The notes beneath the pieces were generated by a model. It had not been told where the DNA came from. It made no database searches and was given only the letters and a program-made list of their open reading frames with translations. The translations under genes and the position numbers were made by a program. Below are positions 14,434-29,410 of a DNA stretch of 64,000 nt, piece after piece. The stretch comes from Octopus sinensis (lineage: Eukaryota), in NCBI RefSeq assembly GCF_006345805.1, contig NC_042998.1, forward strand, positions 127,410,001-127,474,000, given 5' to 3'. Every line of letters starts with the position of its first letter. The stretch's first letter is position 1.

Positions 14434-14850
14434 CAGACAGTCAAATATATAGATGAAACGCATGAAGAATCTTATTCATTGATAAGCACTTAGTTAAATA
14501 AATAAGTGTATATATATTTTTAATTGCAGAGAATCATGAATTTGTGTAGACATAAATTCAAAATGACCATAACAACGGATGGCAGGCATTAAAGATATCT
14601 TAAAGAATTAAAGAATTTTTGCAAAAGAATTTTATAACAACATAAAGAATAACAATTACGCGATGAACAGAAGTGGATTACAAATAACATAAAAATAACT
14701 AAGGAAATATATACCAGCAGCAACGAGAGCAAGAAACAAAGTAGTCTTACATCAAAGGTGAAAGGTAGATGTATATATAGTAAAGAGAGAGATATATTTC
14801 AGTCTCGGCGAGAGGGATACTGGAAAGTTGGTGCTGAAATGTAAACAGCT

Positions 14851-16131
14851 ATGGCAGAAGTGGTACTGGACAGTTTATTTAAAGGAGATCGCTACACCAC
14901 CAACATCATCATCAGCAATACGTATAACAGTGCTAACTCTACCGCCACTATCACCACTAATAACAACACCAAAAACATTAACACCAACAATAATAAGATT
15001 AAAAACAAAAACAACAACAAACGCAATAACAATAACATCCATATAAAACAGATTAAAAATAACATTGGATGCAATAGCAAGTACAAAGATTGGAATCACA
15101 ACAAAATTAGAGACACAACCTACAGCAAAGACCACAATAATTGTTATCATATCAGTAAGAACTACCACTCGTCCACCTCTGATCATTTCCCCTACGTTTC
15201 TGACTGCAGCAACAATAACAACAATAATTACTGTTCCTATAACGACAATAACAAAGAAGAAATACAGCGAGTCAAGCGTGACAACAATTACAACATCAGA
15301 AAGACAAATACCGGTAACAACAACGACAACGACGGCGATAGTAACAACACCAACACCGCTAAAAGTGAAAGTAGCAATCATAAAAATAAAAGTGGACAAA
15401 ACAAGGTAGATAAAAGCGATCTAAACAACACTTACAACAATAAAACGAACAGGGACCCAAGTAATTTGAGTAAGAGCGTTATCAACTACAGCAACGACGA
15501 CATCTACGGCACCCTTAAAGACGTCAAGCAAAACGACTATAACAGCTTCAAATACACAAACAACAATATTAACAATACCAACCGTTTCTATTTCCAAGAC
15601 AACGATAACAAATATTTCAAACAATACAGTCACCACACCGACCACAGTCACAACAAAACCTTAGATAATTGTATAGAATTCATAAGAGAAGACAACAACA
15701 AAAGTAAGGGCATCGTTAAACGTAGTGGCTACCACGACAGTGAGTGTTATATCAAATACATCAAACACGAACTCAGCAAGGCGAATACGAATAGTGACAA
15801 CAACAATTACAATAACAAAAGCAATAACATCAACAACGAAAATAATAACAATCACTGCACCGACGCCTTCGACAACAATAACAGCATCGACAGTAATATT
15901 GACCGTGTAAAAAGTAACACACACCGATATACAACCGTTAGCGGCAATTACGTACACGACAACAGAATTATCAACAGTAATAATATTTACAACTACCCCC
16001 AGCAAAGCAACTACCACGAACACCTTCACCACCACCGCCACCACCAACCACCACCACCATCACCACCACCACCGTCACCACTGCCGCCACCACCAATACA
16101 ACAACATCAACTTACATCACGAAAGCAATAG
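14851..16131 (+). CDS. Hypothetical Asn-rich low-complexity protein (426 aa) with His/Pro-rich C-terminus
   Basis: 1.28-kb open frame in AT-rich DNA with start context GCTATGG. Lies within a candidate exon 14530-16306 (acceptor tttttaattgcag, donor CAAG|GTAAGT). No recognisable domain. Confidence 0.45.
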   Translation: MAEVVLDSLFKGDRYTTNIIISNTYNSANSTATITTNNNTKNINTNNNKIKNKNNNKRNNNNIHIKQIKNNIGCNSKYKDWNHNKIRDTTYSKDHNNCYHISKNYHSSTSDHFPYVSDCSNNNNNNYCSYNDNNKEEIQRVKRDNNYNIRKTNTGNNNDNDGDSNNTNTAKSESSNHKNKSGQNKVDKSDLNNTYNNKTNRDPSNLSKSVINYSNDDIYGTLKDVKQNDYNSFKYTNNNINNTNRFYFQDNDNKYFKQYSHHTDHSHNKTLDNCIEFIREDNNKSKGIVKRSGYHDSECYIKYIKHELSKANTNSDNNNYNNKSNNINNENNNNHCTDAFDNNNSIDSNIDRVKSNTHRYTTVSGNYVHDNRIINSNNIYNYPQQSNYHEHLHHHRHHQPPPPSPPPPSPLPPPPIQQHQLTSRKQ

Positions 16132-16764
16132 TAGAAACAATAAAATCAATCTTAACTATAACAATAACAAGCTCAACAACAATATATACAACTCCTATAG
16201 TCATAACTCTCACAACAACAATAACTACGATTATTACTATTACTACTACTACTGCCACTATTATACAACAATAACAAATACAAGCTAACTAAGGGACATT
16301 TCCAAGGTAAGTGAGAAAAATTTCAATACAACTTCACGTTTTTTTTTGTATTTCGTATCACGGTACCACGTAATCATTTACCAAGCACGTCTGACCTCTG
16401 TCACGCATGCACGTATGTATGTATGTATGTATGTATGTATGTATGTACGTATGTATGTATGTATGTGTGCATGTATGCATGCATGCATGTATGTATGTAT
16501 GTATGTATGTATGTATGTATGTATGTGCTTGTGTACGTGTATATGTGTACGTCTGTGTTCTGATATATGTGTCTTAAAGTATGTATAAAATTATTTTAGT
16601 AAGTGATTAAAGATTTGTTTTATATAGAACCCATTACAAAATACAATGCCAAATAATAAGATTGTAGAACATAAATAGTAACAGCTAAAAATGTTGCTTC
16701 GTAGGCTCAAACGTATAACTCACATTTTATTATATAAAATCCATTATATCTACGTCTATATATA

Positions 16765-16806
<42 letters not shown>

Positions 16807-16898
16807 TATATATATTATATATATATTATATATATATATACATACATATATACGTACATACACACATATGTATATATATACACACATATATACGTATG

Positions 16899-16936
<38 letters not shown>

Positions 16937-16981
16937 GAGAGAGAGAGAGAGAGACATGCATATATTTACACACACACACAC

Positions 16982-17017
<36 letters not shown>

Positions 17018-17736
17018 GTGTGTGTATTTGCATGAATGAACTGAGAGACTGTGTTAAAGTTTTTAACAGAAGAGTACCAGTGAACACAAATTCAAGGACT
17101 ATATTAGAAAATGAGATGACTGGGTCTTCAGGTTTCACCTCATTTGTTACTCGTCGAAATGTAAAGTATTTTAACAAGCCTCGATAAATACATGCTTTAT
17201 AGACATACACACACACACGCGCGCGCGCGCACACATACACACACATATATACAGGTAAATAGACAGATACATATGTGTATGTGTTTGTGTGTACGTGTAG
17301 ACAGATAGCTGTGCACACGCACACAACTGTGTGTTTTCGAGTGTGTTTTTCCCACTTATTCTCTCTAGTTTCATATCTCTTCCGCATTTTTCCTTAATTA
17401 TAACATATCTACTCTTTCTTTCACTCCGTTGGTTCAGCTCTGTCTTTATTTTATTTCCTTTTCACTGCGATTATATACATGTACCCTTACAGGTTGCTTT
17501 AGATTTATAGTTTGTCTTGATTAAACATTACTGAGGTCATGTCGGAACATTCAGAACTGAATGATCTAAGCCGTTTATTTAGACCGACTCTATATTCAGG
17601 ACAAAATATTTGTACACTAATTTCAGTGAATACGGATTCTGTATTTTGTAAATCAACGCGTTGGCAGAGTCTGCTCATTACTTCTCATTTAATATTCACT
17701 TAGACGTATATACACTTGCATATGAGACCGTGTCTA

Positions 17737-17847
<111 letters not shown>

Positions 17848-18060
17848 CTATCTACCTATCTATCTATCTATTTATTTATCTATCTTCCTATTTCTGTTCC
17901 TCTACTTATGTATGCTTAATATATATATATAAACTGAAATACATTTCAACAAGACTCGATAAGTACATGCTTTATAAACACACACACTGTGCAAGCGCCC
18001 ATACATATACATATACATACGTACATAAATATGTTTGTGTATAAATAGATACATACATAC

Positions 18061-18098
<38 letters not shown>

Positions 18099-18109
18099 TA
18101 TATGTATAT

Positions 18110-18183
<74 letters not shown>

Positions 18184-19216
18184 CACTTACACGTGTAATA
18201 ATGGTATATATGTATATTTGCATGTAAGCTTTTATGTATGAATCTATGTATGCATGAATGTATGTATGTATGTATGTATGTATGTATGTATGTATGTATG
18301 TATGTATGTATGTGTATGTATGCGGTTATGCATGCATATGTTGTTGGATGTTTTACTTTTTACGATGCAGCTGCGGAAAGTTTTGCCACTTATTTGTTAT
18401 TTCCGTTTTCTGTTTGAGTTCTACTTATTTGTGTAAGAAATGTATTGTTAGCTATTTACACAATAAAATAGAAAAAAAAATGTAAACCCTGAGCTTTTTT
18501 AAATTATTGTTTGTGTGAAAGTTGATTTGTTTTTGCTTGTTAAGATCTGATTAGTATTTTAGCGATATAATTAAGAGAACATTTACCCCAAACTATTCTT
18601 TCTTCGAACTGGCAATGTGTGACGTGTAGGAATTTTGTTGCTATTTTTGCATATTTATTTGTGTCGTAAAATACCTAAGACTACAGTATCACATGAGTTG
18701 TGTCTTCGTTTAAGATGTTAGGCTGAAGTATTTGTGTAGATGCGTCCGTTATTTCTAACAGGTAATGAAACCATGCTGAAGTTCCATAATGGTTCCTGTT
18801 TGCTACGTTGAGCTCAGGCCCACACCCACCCATAAATAAGTTAGGGTTGGTGAAAGAGAACTGGGCAACATGTCAAGCAGTCTTTAATTACGTCCCTTTT
18901 CCATTCTTGACTCTAAATGGTAGCAATGTTAAGTTCACCTTTCATCCATTTTGTGTTCAAAATTTCATGTTCAATGTTGTAGTTCACGTTCCAAAATTTC
19001 TCTTAATAACTATGTGATTCGTACGAAATTTAATATTTTCCTAATGAGGGCCTCCTTCGTTGTCATTTGTCTTCCATGATCACTCTTCAGATGTATACGA
19101 TCATAACAAGAACGTAACAACAACAACGATAACAGCAATGTAATTCTTCTTCGTTTTATTATTATTATCAGTATTATTATTATTATATTATTATTATTAT
19201 TATAATAATAATAATA

Positions 19217-19281
<65 letters not shown>

Positions 19282-19282
19282 G

Positions 19283-19500
19283 TCCTTTCTACAATATACA
19301 GATCTGAAATTTTTGGAGAGTGGGGTTAGTCGAGTCCATCGATTCCAGTACATGACTAGTACATAATTTATCGACTTATCGCTCCCGGAAGCTTGAAAGA
19401 CACAGCTGACCTTGGCGAAATATGAGCTCAGAACCTACTGACAGACGAAATACACAGCCAAGTATTTCGTTTAATGCGCTAGCAGGGCTGCTGACTTGCT
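19283..19500 (-). mobile_element. SINE family B, diverged
   Basis: Homology to 3212-3436; its (ATT)n tail forms the (AAT)n array at 19200-19281. Confidence 0.7.
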
Positions 19501-19688
19501 ACCTTGACAACAACGATGACGGCGACGACAACTACAACTACAACAGCCATAACAACAGCAACAACAATTATAATAATGATAATAGTAATAATATTTATAA
19601 TAATAGTAATAATAGTAATAATAATAATAGTAATAATAATAATAGTAATAATAGTAATAATAATAATAATAATATTAATAATAATAAT

Positions 19689-19723
<35 letters not shown>

Positions 19724-19724
<1 letters not shown>

Positions 19725-20625
19725 CGCAGCAAACAAGCTGATGTTGACCAGAAGCAAACCCATCAGTGGCTGCGGAGCTCAGGGCTAAAAGCAGAGAGCG
19801 AAGGTTTCATCCTGGCTGCTCAAGACCAAAGCCTATTAACCCGGAACTACCAGGCCAATGTGATGAAAAATGGAGCAGACTCAAAATGCCGATTCTGCAA
19901 CGACATGATTGAAACAGTGGACCACCTAATCTCTGGATGTAAAGTTTTAGCACCAGTGGAGTATAAATTAAGACATGACAGAGTTGGCCAATATCTCCAC
20001 TGGCTAATAAGTCGGCATTACAATATCAAAAGTGCCGACAAGTGGTATAATCACCACCCTGAGGCTGTAACTGAAGGAGAAAATGTAACCATTCTGTGGG
20101 ACTTTCCAGTACATACAGACCGAACCATCAAGGCCAATAAACCAGATATTGTTGTGAAAGACCAAAACAATAAAGTTTGCTTATTGATCGACATGAGCAT
20201 CCCCTGTGATCATAATATCTCAGCGAAAGAGTTTGACAAGCTCAGAAAATATAAAGACCTACTCATTGAAATTGAGAAAATGTGGCATCTCAAGGCGGTT
20301 ACAATACCAGTGATCGTAGGAGCACTAGGAATGATCAAGAAGGAACCGAAAATTGTATGAGAATGATCCCTGGCTACCATCCCTGCAAGAAGTGCAAAAG
20401 ATTGTCTTAACTGGTACATCACACGTATTGAGAAGAGCATTGTCGATGTGAGAACTTGCTGCTCATGTATTTTAATTTAACTTTAAAAAAAAAAAAAAAA
20501 AATGAACGAACTACTGAGTTTGGTTTAATGGCCTACCAATATACACTATGAGTTTCTTTGCCCTAGGAGTCGGGAAGACACTCGGCAAGAAATGGAAGAA
20601 AATTTGAAAGAAGAAAAAAAAAAGT
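19724..20625 (+). mobile_element. 5'-truncated R4/Dong-clade RLE non-LTR retrotransposon in (TAA)n
   Basis: ILAAQDQSLLTRNY, CCHC knuckle CRFC..ETVDHLISGC, RHD, ILWDF..TD, KPDIVV..LLIDMSIP..K..KYKDL and IPVIVGALG; frameshifted end VQKIVLTGTSHVLRRALSM* at 20451; 3' UTR runs into (TAA)n. Both flanks are (AAT)n. Confidence 0.9.
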
Positions 20626-20648
20626 AATAATAATAATAATAATAATAA

Positions 20649-20702
<54 letters not shown>

Positions 20703-20734
20703 TAATAATAATAATAATAATAACAATAATAATA

Positions 20735-21205
20735 GTACCAGGCAGTGGCCCTCATGGTTTCTGATCTTAAATGATTGGAAGTGTTATCATGTACATTGTT
20801 TTGTATTGGAATAAAAGATGGGCTACAGCAAATATTCTGCTCAATACCACAGATTTTCTTGTCAGTTGTTTGACCTTAACCAGTTGACCATGTTCCTTAG
20901 TGGCTGACAATATGTGCATCTCTGATCACGAGCAGAAGTAGTGGGGGAGCATCATAGCCATGTGTTGAGAGGGATTATTTCGGGTTTGAATATTTCACCT
21001 CTGGAAACATGGGTGTTTCGTTCAACATCCTTAAACAACCCTTATTCAGGGACCTTTTGAGTGGGATGGGTTACTCGATCAGAAGAACATTCTAACTGGA
21101 CCCCGCCTGCAAGGTCATGTGCTGTTTATCTCGATATGAGATCACCATGTCGCGCACATATTTTACCCTAGTGTCACTTTGATGGCATGCACTGCTCTCT
21201 CACTC
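20735..21205 (+). mobile_element. Non-coding (TAA)n-associated retroelement, copy 1 (internal deletion)
   Basis: GTACCAGGCAGTGGC...GCACTGCTCTCTCACTC(AAT)n; homologous to 23660, 23935, 40560 and 61152. Confidence 0.8.
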
Positions 21206-21247
21206 AATAATAATAATAACAATAATAATACTAGTAATGATAATATT

Positions 21248-21443
21248 GCTTTCTACAATAAGCAAAAGGCCTGAAAGTTTTGTAGGAGAGGGAAAATCGA
21301 TTACATCGATCCCAGTGTTTCATTGATGCTTAATTTATCGACCCCAAAGGATGAAAGGCTAAAATGAACTGAGAACGTAAAGACGGACAAAATGTTGCCA
21401 AGCGTTTTCCCTGACGCGCCAAAGATTCTACCAGTTCACCGCC
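21248..21443 (-). mobile_element. SINE family B
   Basis: Homology to 3212-3436. Confidence 0.75.
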
Positions 21444-21487
21444 CTAATAATAATAATAATAATATAATAATAATAATAATAATAATA

Positions 21488-21518
<31 letters not shown>

Positions 21519-21775
21519 ATCTATCTTGCCGGTTGGGCTGCACAAGCACATGCACAAACATGTTATCAAATTATTTTGAAGTGCGCAACAATAGAATACA
21601 AAATATAAAGTCAATATATATGATACGAAATACAAAACACATTGCAAAAAATAGATAAGTACATATGAAAAGCACGTATATGTGTATACATGACAATATT
21701 ATGCGCATCATCTGTACACGTTCCTATAAGTTTATATATGTGTGTGCGCGGATATTTGTATGACTTTAAAGGATC

Positions 21776-21806
<31 letters not shown>

Positions 21807-22285
21807 CATTTATATATATATATATATATATTATATATATTATATATATATAATATATATATATATATTAATATATGTTGTGTGTTATATATGTATGTAT
21901 ATATATATATACACACCACACACACATATATCCTAAAATGTGAGTGATTTTGTATGTGTTGCGTGAGTATGTGTGTGTCTTTGAGAGAGTGAGTGTGTGT
22001 GTGTGTGTGTTTGTATGTGTATGTGTTTGTATGTGTATGTGTTTAAGTTTGTTAATGACTACTACAGATTGACTTAGCAACCACGTGGCCAATGATTCAG
22101 ATGTCATCGCGAACATCTGAAGAAATCGACACGTTTTTTTATGCAATAATATATTTGAGACTCTGCTCGTTATTAATTGCTCATCTGCAATATATGTTCA
22201 AGATGAAGGCTTGAGTTCGTGTTTCTTATCTATACACACCCACTTGTAGACTCTATCTATCTGCATATATACATATATAATATAT

Positions 22286-22346
<61 letters not shown>

Positions 22347-23365
22347 TTATATTATATATATATATCGTTGCTATTATGCAAAAGTGTCATAGGTCCAAAA
22401 CATTATTTTTCAGAAAACGAAAGAATAGATTCACCATTCCATAGCAAAACCGTTATGCTAAACTTTGACAATTTAACATAATAGCAATAATACACACACA
22501 CACACACACACCACACACACGCACACACATATATATTATATATATATATATATATAATATAATATATATATATATATAGATATATATATACATGCATATA
22601 TAGATATAGATATATATATATACATGTATATATACATATATATATATATATTATGCATATGGTATTTTTATATATATTATGATGCATATATGTACATGTA
22701 GCAAGAATATATATACACACACACACATATATAAAGATATATATATATATATGTTTATACATGCATATATATAGTAATACATATATATGTATATGTATAT
22801 ATATATGCATATATATATAGTTATATATATATATATGAATGCAGATATGTATATTTGTATGCATATATATATGTATATGTATGCATATACATATGTAGAC
22901 ACATACACACACAGGCACACACACATATATTTATATATACATACAAACAGGATATTTTTGTTGAAATTTATGATTTTTTGTCTAAAGGGCCAACAAAAAG
23001 GTTGCTAATTTAAAAATTCTATACAGGTGCGTGTTTTACAAATTCCCTGATTCTTGAATCACTCACGTGGAGCATTGTTGAATTATCACTTCCCCAACCA
23101 TATAAAAACCAAAATAAGGTCACACATTAAAAAATGCATCACATTATCACATGTTGTCGTTTGTGTGTAGACAGTGAAAAGTTCACCTTTGACGTAGGAA
23201 CCACTGAAAAGTATGATTAATATATCATACATTGACGCAAGATCTCATATTTAGTATTAGGTGAATTTTGCATTAGTTCTACCTCAATATCACCTTCAAA
23301 TTATGTATAGCAACAAACAATAAAATTCAGTTCAGTGCTGATGATTCTGCCGGCTCGCTACTTAG

Positions 23366-23435
<70 letters not shown>

Positions 23436-23446
23436 TAATAATAATG

Positions 23447-23495
<49 letters not shown>

Positions 23496-23659
23496 TGATG
23501 ATGATGATGATGATAATAATAATGATGATGGTGATGATGATGATGATGAGGATGATACTAATAAGGATGATATTAGTAATAATAATGATAATGGTGATGA
23601 TGATGACGACGACGACGACGACGATGATGATGATGATGATGATGATGATGATAATAATA

Positions 23660-23884
23660 CTTTTGGGCGGGATGGGTTACTCGACCAGAAGAAAATTCTA
23701 ACTGGACTCCCACCTGCAACGTCATGTGCTGTTTATCTTGCTATAAGATCACCATGTCGTACACATATGGTTGTGATGCATGTGCCTAGTGTACTCTTAT
23801 CCGATGGGTATTCATGATGGGTATACTGGGCTTCGGAAATTTTACTCCAGTGACACTTTGAAGGCATGCACTGCTCTCTCACTC
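23660..23884 (+). mobile_element. (TAA)n-associated retroelement, 5'-truncated copy 2
   Basis: 3' half only, same 3' end CTCTCTCACTC(AAT)n. Confidence 0.8.
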
Positions 23885-23934
23885 AATAATAATAACAACA
23901 ACAGCAACAACAATAACAACAATAATAATAATAA

Positions 23935-24460
23935 ATGTCCTGATGTATTACCAGGCAGTTGCGCTCATAGGAAGTGTTATCATGTACATTGTTTTGTCTT
24001 GGTATAAAAGATGAACTAGAGCAAATACTCTGCTCAATACCACAAATTTGCGTATCAGTTGTTTGACATTGACCAGTTGAGCATTTCCCTTAGTGGCTGC
24101 GGATATGTGTATCTCTGATCTCGAGTAGAAACAGCGAGGGAGCATCATAGTCATGTGTTGAAAGGAATTCTTTGGGGTTTGGATAATTCACCTTTGGAAA
24201 CATGGGTGTTTAATTCAACGTCCTAAAATAAACCCTATTTCAAATGAGATGGGTTACTGGACCTGCAGAAAATTCTAATTGGGCCCCACCTGCAAGATCA
24301 TACGCTGTTTATCTTGATATGAGAACACCATGTCGCACACATATGGTTGTGGTGCAAGTGCCTTGTGTATTCTTATCAGATGGGTAGTCATAATGGGTAT
24401 ACTGGGCTTGGAAAATTTTATCCCAGTGTCACTTTGATGACATGCACTGCTCTCTCACTC
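23935..24460 (+). mobile_element. (TAA)n-associated retroelement, longest copy 3 (~525 bp)
   Basis: Flanked on both sides by (AAT)n; same 3' end. Confidence 0.85.
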
Positions 24461-24488
24461 AATAATAATAATAATAATAATAATAATG

Positions 24489-24548
<60 letters not shown>

Positions 24549-24684
24549 TAATAATAATAATAATAATATAATAATAATAATAATAACAATAATTAGCTGA
24601 TCCGTTAAAAATTCACGGAAAACATAAAAAATGTAAACATCTGTGAACAGTGTACTGGTGCCATGAGAAATGTTTGTATATTAT

Positions 24685-24830
24685 GACTGTCTGTTTTTAC
24701 GTTCTAGTTCAAATTCAGCCAAGATCGACTTGCTTTTCGTCCTTTCACGGTCGATAAATTAAGTATCAGTTGTGTACTAGGGTCGATCTAATCAACTGAC
24801 CCCCTCCGCATAAAAAAATTCAGTCCTAGG
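24685..24830 (+). mobile_element. SINE family B fragment
   Basis: TTACGTTCT..GTTCAAATTC..GTCGATAAATTAAGTA..GGTCGATCTAATC core. Confidence 0.65.
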
Positions 24831-25112
24831 AAAGTATATTGTGACAGTTATAGAATATACACCAATGACTATATAGTCCAACCCAAATATGTCAGCTACA
24901 CAAACATAAAGGGAATTTTAAGGTTACAGAATTAACCTTTAAATTCCTCGTACATATTCAAAGAACCTTAATGTACAAATTGAAATGCAAAATAACAAAA
25001 TAATAAGTGGATTTATGAAGGAAAGTTTGGTAATTGCGTTTATTTCCACCACGCGACACTTATTATTGCAAACATGTTTTACTGACCTAAACTATACACT
25101 CACACAAATGCA

Positions 25113-25185
<73 letters not shown>

Positions 25186-25737
25186 AGTTGTAGCTGTAAT
25201 TCAAAAGAGTCAGCCTTTATATTGTGTTGACGCTGATTCTTCCTGAGAACTACGATTATGTTATGCATGTATGTGGAGTACTCATCCATTTGCGAGTTGA
25301 TTTTATCCATGTGTGGTAATGAAAACTGAAATTGACATCCAATATTTGCTATATGTGTGTATCTATGTACTATGTATGAACTTTGGATTTATATATCTAC
25401 TGTCTCTCTCACTTTCGCTCATTCTCTTTCACCTCCATTTTGTTCCTCTTCTCTTCCGCTTTTGGTTTAACAATGTATATACGTATCTATCTATCTACTC
25501 CTGCGATGTGATAAACATTTAAAAACGCAAAACGAACACTGCATCACATACTGTCTGTTTCAATTTCTCTCTTTCTCTTTCACTTTTTCTCTCTGTCTCA
25601 CTCCCCTTCTCTCTTACGTCCTGTTTGAATCATTTAAAAAGACAAAACGAACGCCATCACCACTCACTGTCTCTTTCACTCTCTAATTTTCTCTCTTTCA
25701 CTTTCTCTCCTACTCTCCCTTTCTCGTTTTCTCTCTC

Positions 25738-25783
<46 letters not shown>

Positions 25784-25945
25784 TCCTCTCTGTCCTCCTC
25801 TCCCTCGCTTTGCCACTCGTTTGAAGTAAGTGTGACGCACACAACATGTACGCGTACGTACAAAAAATTAGAGTATCAATATTATTGATAATAACAACAA
25901 CAACAACAACAACGATAATAATAATAATATTAATAATAATAATAA

Positions 25946-26160
25946 TCCTTTCTACTATAGGTAAAAGGCCTGAAATTTGTGGGATAGGGGCTAGGCGATT
26001 ACGTCAGGGTCGATAAATTAAGTAACAGTGAAACACTGAGTACTTAATTTATCGACTCGAAGTAATGAAAAGCAAAGTCAACCTTGGCAGAGTTTGAACT
26101 CAGAATGTAAACGCGGGCGAAATACCGCTAAACATTTCGCCCGGCATGCTAATAATTTCA
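25946..26160 (-). mobile_element. SINE family B, rearranged
   Basis: Homology to 3212-3436, with a short inverted internal piece near 26008-26056. Confidence 0.7.
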
Positions 26161-26179
26161 CTACTACTACTTATATCAA

Positions 26180-26251
26180 AAATAATAATATAATAATAAT
26201 AATGATAATGATAATGAAAATAATAATAATGATAATATAATAACAATAATA

Positions 26252-26287
<36 letters not shown>

Positions 26288-26381
26288 ATAATAATAATGA
26301 TAATAATAATAATAATAATGATAATAATATAATATAATAATAATATAATGATAATGATAATAATAATGATAATAATAATAA

Positions 26382-26429
<48 letters not shown>

Positions 26430-26639
26430 AATAATGATAATGATAATAATAATAATATAATAAATAATAATAATAATAAGATAATGATAATAATAATAAA
26501 TACTATAATAATAATAATAAGAATAATGTATGAATACTATAATAATAATAATAATGATAAGATAATAATAATGATAATGAATAATAATAATAATAATATA
26601 ATAATAATAATAATAATAATAATGAGAATGATAATAATA

Positions 26640-26676
<37 letters not shown>

Positions 26677-26694
26677 TAATAATATATAATAATA

Positions 26695-26742
<48 letters not shown>

Positions 26743-26762
26743 TAATAAAATAAAATATAATG

Positions 26763-26793
<31 letters not shown>

Positions 26794-26934
26794 CTAATAA
26801 TAATAATGATAATGATAATAATAATATATAATAATAATAATAATATAATAATAATAATAATGATATGATAATAATAATAATAAATAATAATATATAATAA
26901 TAATAATAATAAAACTAATAATAATGATAATGAT

Positions 26935-26966
<32 letters not shown>

Positions 26967-26981
26967 TATAATAATATAATA

Positions 26982-27024
<43 letters not shown>

Positions 27025-27127
27025 TAATATGATAATACTAATAATAATCAATAATATAACTATAATAATAATAATAATATAATAGATAATAATAATAATA
27101 TAATAATAATAAAATCATAATAATATA

Positions 27128-27175
<48 letters not shown>

Positions 27176-27217
27176 TAATATAATATATAATAATAATTAA
27201 TAATAATATAATACTAA

Positions 27218-27291
<74 letters not shown>

Positions 27292-27330
27292 TAATAATAA
27301 TAATAATATATAATAATAATACTAATAATA

Positions 27331-27381
<51 letters not shown>

Positions 27382-27611
27382 ATAATAATAATAATATAAT
27401 AATAATAATAATGTAATGATAATAATAATAATAATAATAAATAATATAATATAATATAATAATAATAATAATGATAATGAATAATAATAAATAATAATAA
27501 TAATAATAATATAATAATAATAATAATAATAATATGATAATGATAATAAACTAATAATAATAATAATAATATAATATAATATAATGATCTAATAAATAAT
27601 AATATAATATA

Positions 27612-27691
<80 letters not shown>

Positions 27692-27746
27692 GATAATGAT
27701 AATAAGAATAATAATGATAATTATAACTAATAATAATAATAATATA

Positions 27747-27792
<46 letters not shown>

Positions 27793-27912
27793 GATAATAA
27801 TAAAATAAATAATAATAATTGATAATAATAATAATAATAATAATAATACTAAGATAATGATAATAATAATAATAATATAATAATAATAATATAATGATAA
27901 TAAATAATAATA

Positions 27913-27952
<40 letters not shown>

Positions 27953-28027
27953 CAATACTAATATAATAATAATATAATAATATAATAATCTAATAATAAG
28001 ATGAATAATGATAAAATAATAATAATA

Positions 28028-28084
<57 letters not shown>

Positions 28085-28099
28085 TAATGACTAATAATG

Positions 28100-28145
<46 letters not shown>

Positions 28146-28176
28146 ATAATGATAATAATAATAATAATAATAAGAA

Positions 28177-28207
<31 letters not shown>

Positions 28208-28384
28208 ATAATATAATAATAATAATAATAATGATAAATATAATAAATATAATAATATAATAATAATAATAATATAATACTAATGATATTATAATAATAA
28301 TAATAATAATATAATATAATCCAATATATAATAATCATAACCTAATAATAATAAATAATATAATAATAATGAATTATATACTCC

Positions 28385-28431
<47 letters not shown>

Positions 28432-28445
28432 CATTATAATGATAA
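26180..28445. repeat. ~2.3-kb degenerate (AAT)n array
   Basis: Direct reading; frequent 1-nt indels suggest long-read error. Confidence 0.95.
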
Positions 28446-28449
28446 TACA

Positions 28450-28578
28450 ATCCTGCGCAGAACACTTTCCCTACAATAACCATCAGAGCATCACAACAAC
28501 TCACAGCACATACCCAAGGCACACAGAGCTGCGCTCGGTAGTGAAGTGAAAGCACACTATAAAAATAAAACTACTGAA
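28450..28578 (+). mobile_element. R4/Dong extreme 3' end (subfamily 2)
   Basis: ILRRTLSLQ* plus a 3' UTR nearly identical to 39215-39344; flanked by (AAT)n. Confidence 0.8.
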
Positions 28579-28586
28579 TAATAATA

Positions 28587-28630
<44 letters not shown>

Positions 28631-28919
28631 TAAATAATAGAAGAAGAAGAAGAAAAGAAGAAATAAGAAGAGAAGAAGAAGAAGAGAAGAGAAGAAGAAA
28701 AAGAAGCAGAAGAAGAGAAGAAGAAGAACAGAAGAAAGAAGAAGAAGAAGAAGAAGAATGATAATAATAATCTTTAGCTTTTCAGGCTTTGGAGGAAATG
28801 TAAAGTAAACCTGAAATGCGAACACGGGGCTATAGCGCATAACTAAATATAGCAAGGTGTTTTAGAATGTTGCAGTGAATCAGCCAAATAGTCGTATAAA
28901 GAATTAATTATTATAGCAC

Positions 28920-29410
28920 AACTGTTTGCACGCCAGACAAAATGCTTGGTAGCATTACGGCCTGAGGTGAAGTACTGCCGAGGTCGACTTTGCTTTTCAT
29001 CCCTTTGGGTTCGATAAAACAAGTAGGAGTTGAACTCTGGGGTCGATGTAATTTCCTCCCACGAACTTTATAAGTCATTATTATTACTGGTGGTGATGGT
29101 GGTGGCTGCAGTAGTGTCAATGTGTTCAGCTGGCGGAATCGTTAGCACACCGGACAACCTCTTAGCGGCATTGTGTTCCGAGTTTAAAATTCAACGAGGT
29201 CGGTTTGGCCTTTCATCTTTTCAGTACCAGTTGAGTCCTGGGTCGATGTAACTGACTTTTATCTGCTCCCCTGAACTTCTTCCTGGCCTTTGTGCCAAAT
29301 AATTTTTAATTATTATTGTTTAGCGTCATTTCGACTGCCTTTACGTTTTTGAATTCAAATTCCACATTTCATCCGTCTCGGGGTCCATGAAATAAGTACC
29401 AGTTATCCCC
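28920..29410 (+). mobile_element. Cluster of SINE family B fragments
   Basis: Three successive partial copies containing GAGGTCG(A/G)..TTTCATC..GTACCAGTT. Confidence 0.65.

Noticed and set aside
19422-19723. N-terminal third of the 312-aa ORF
   Set aside because: Antisense SINE plus (AAT)n fused in frame by chance to the truncated Dong ORF.
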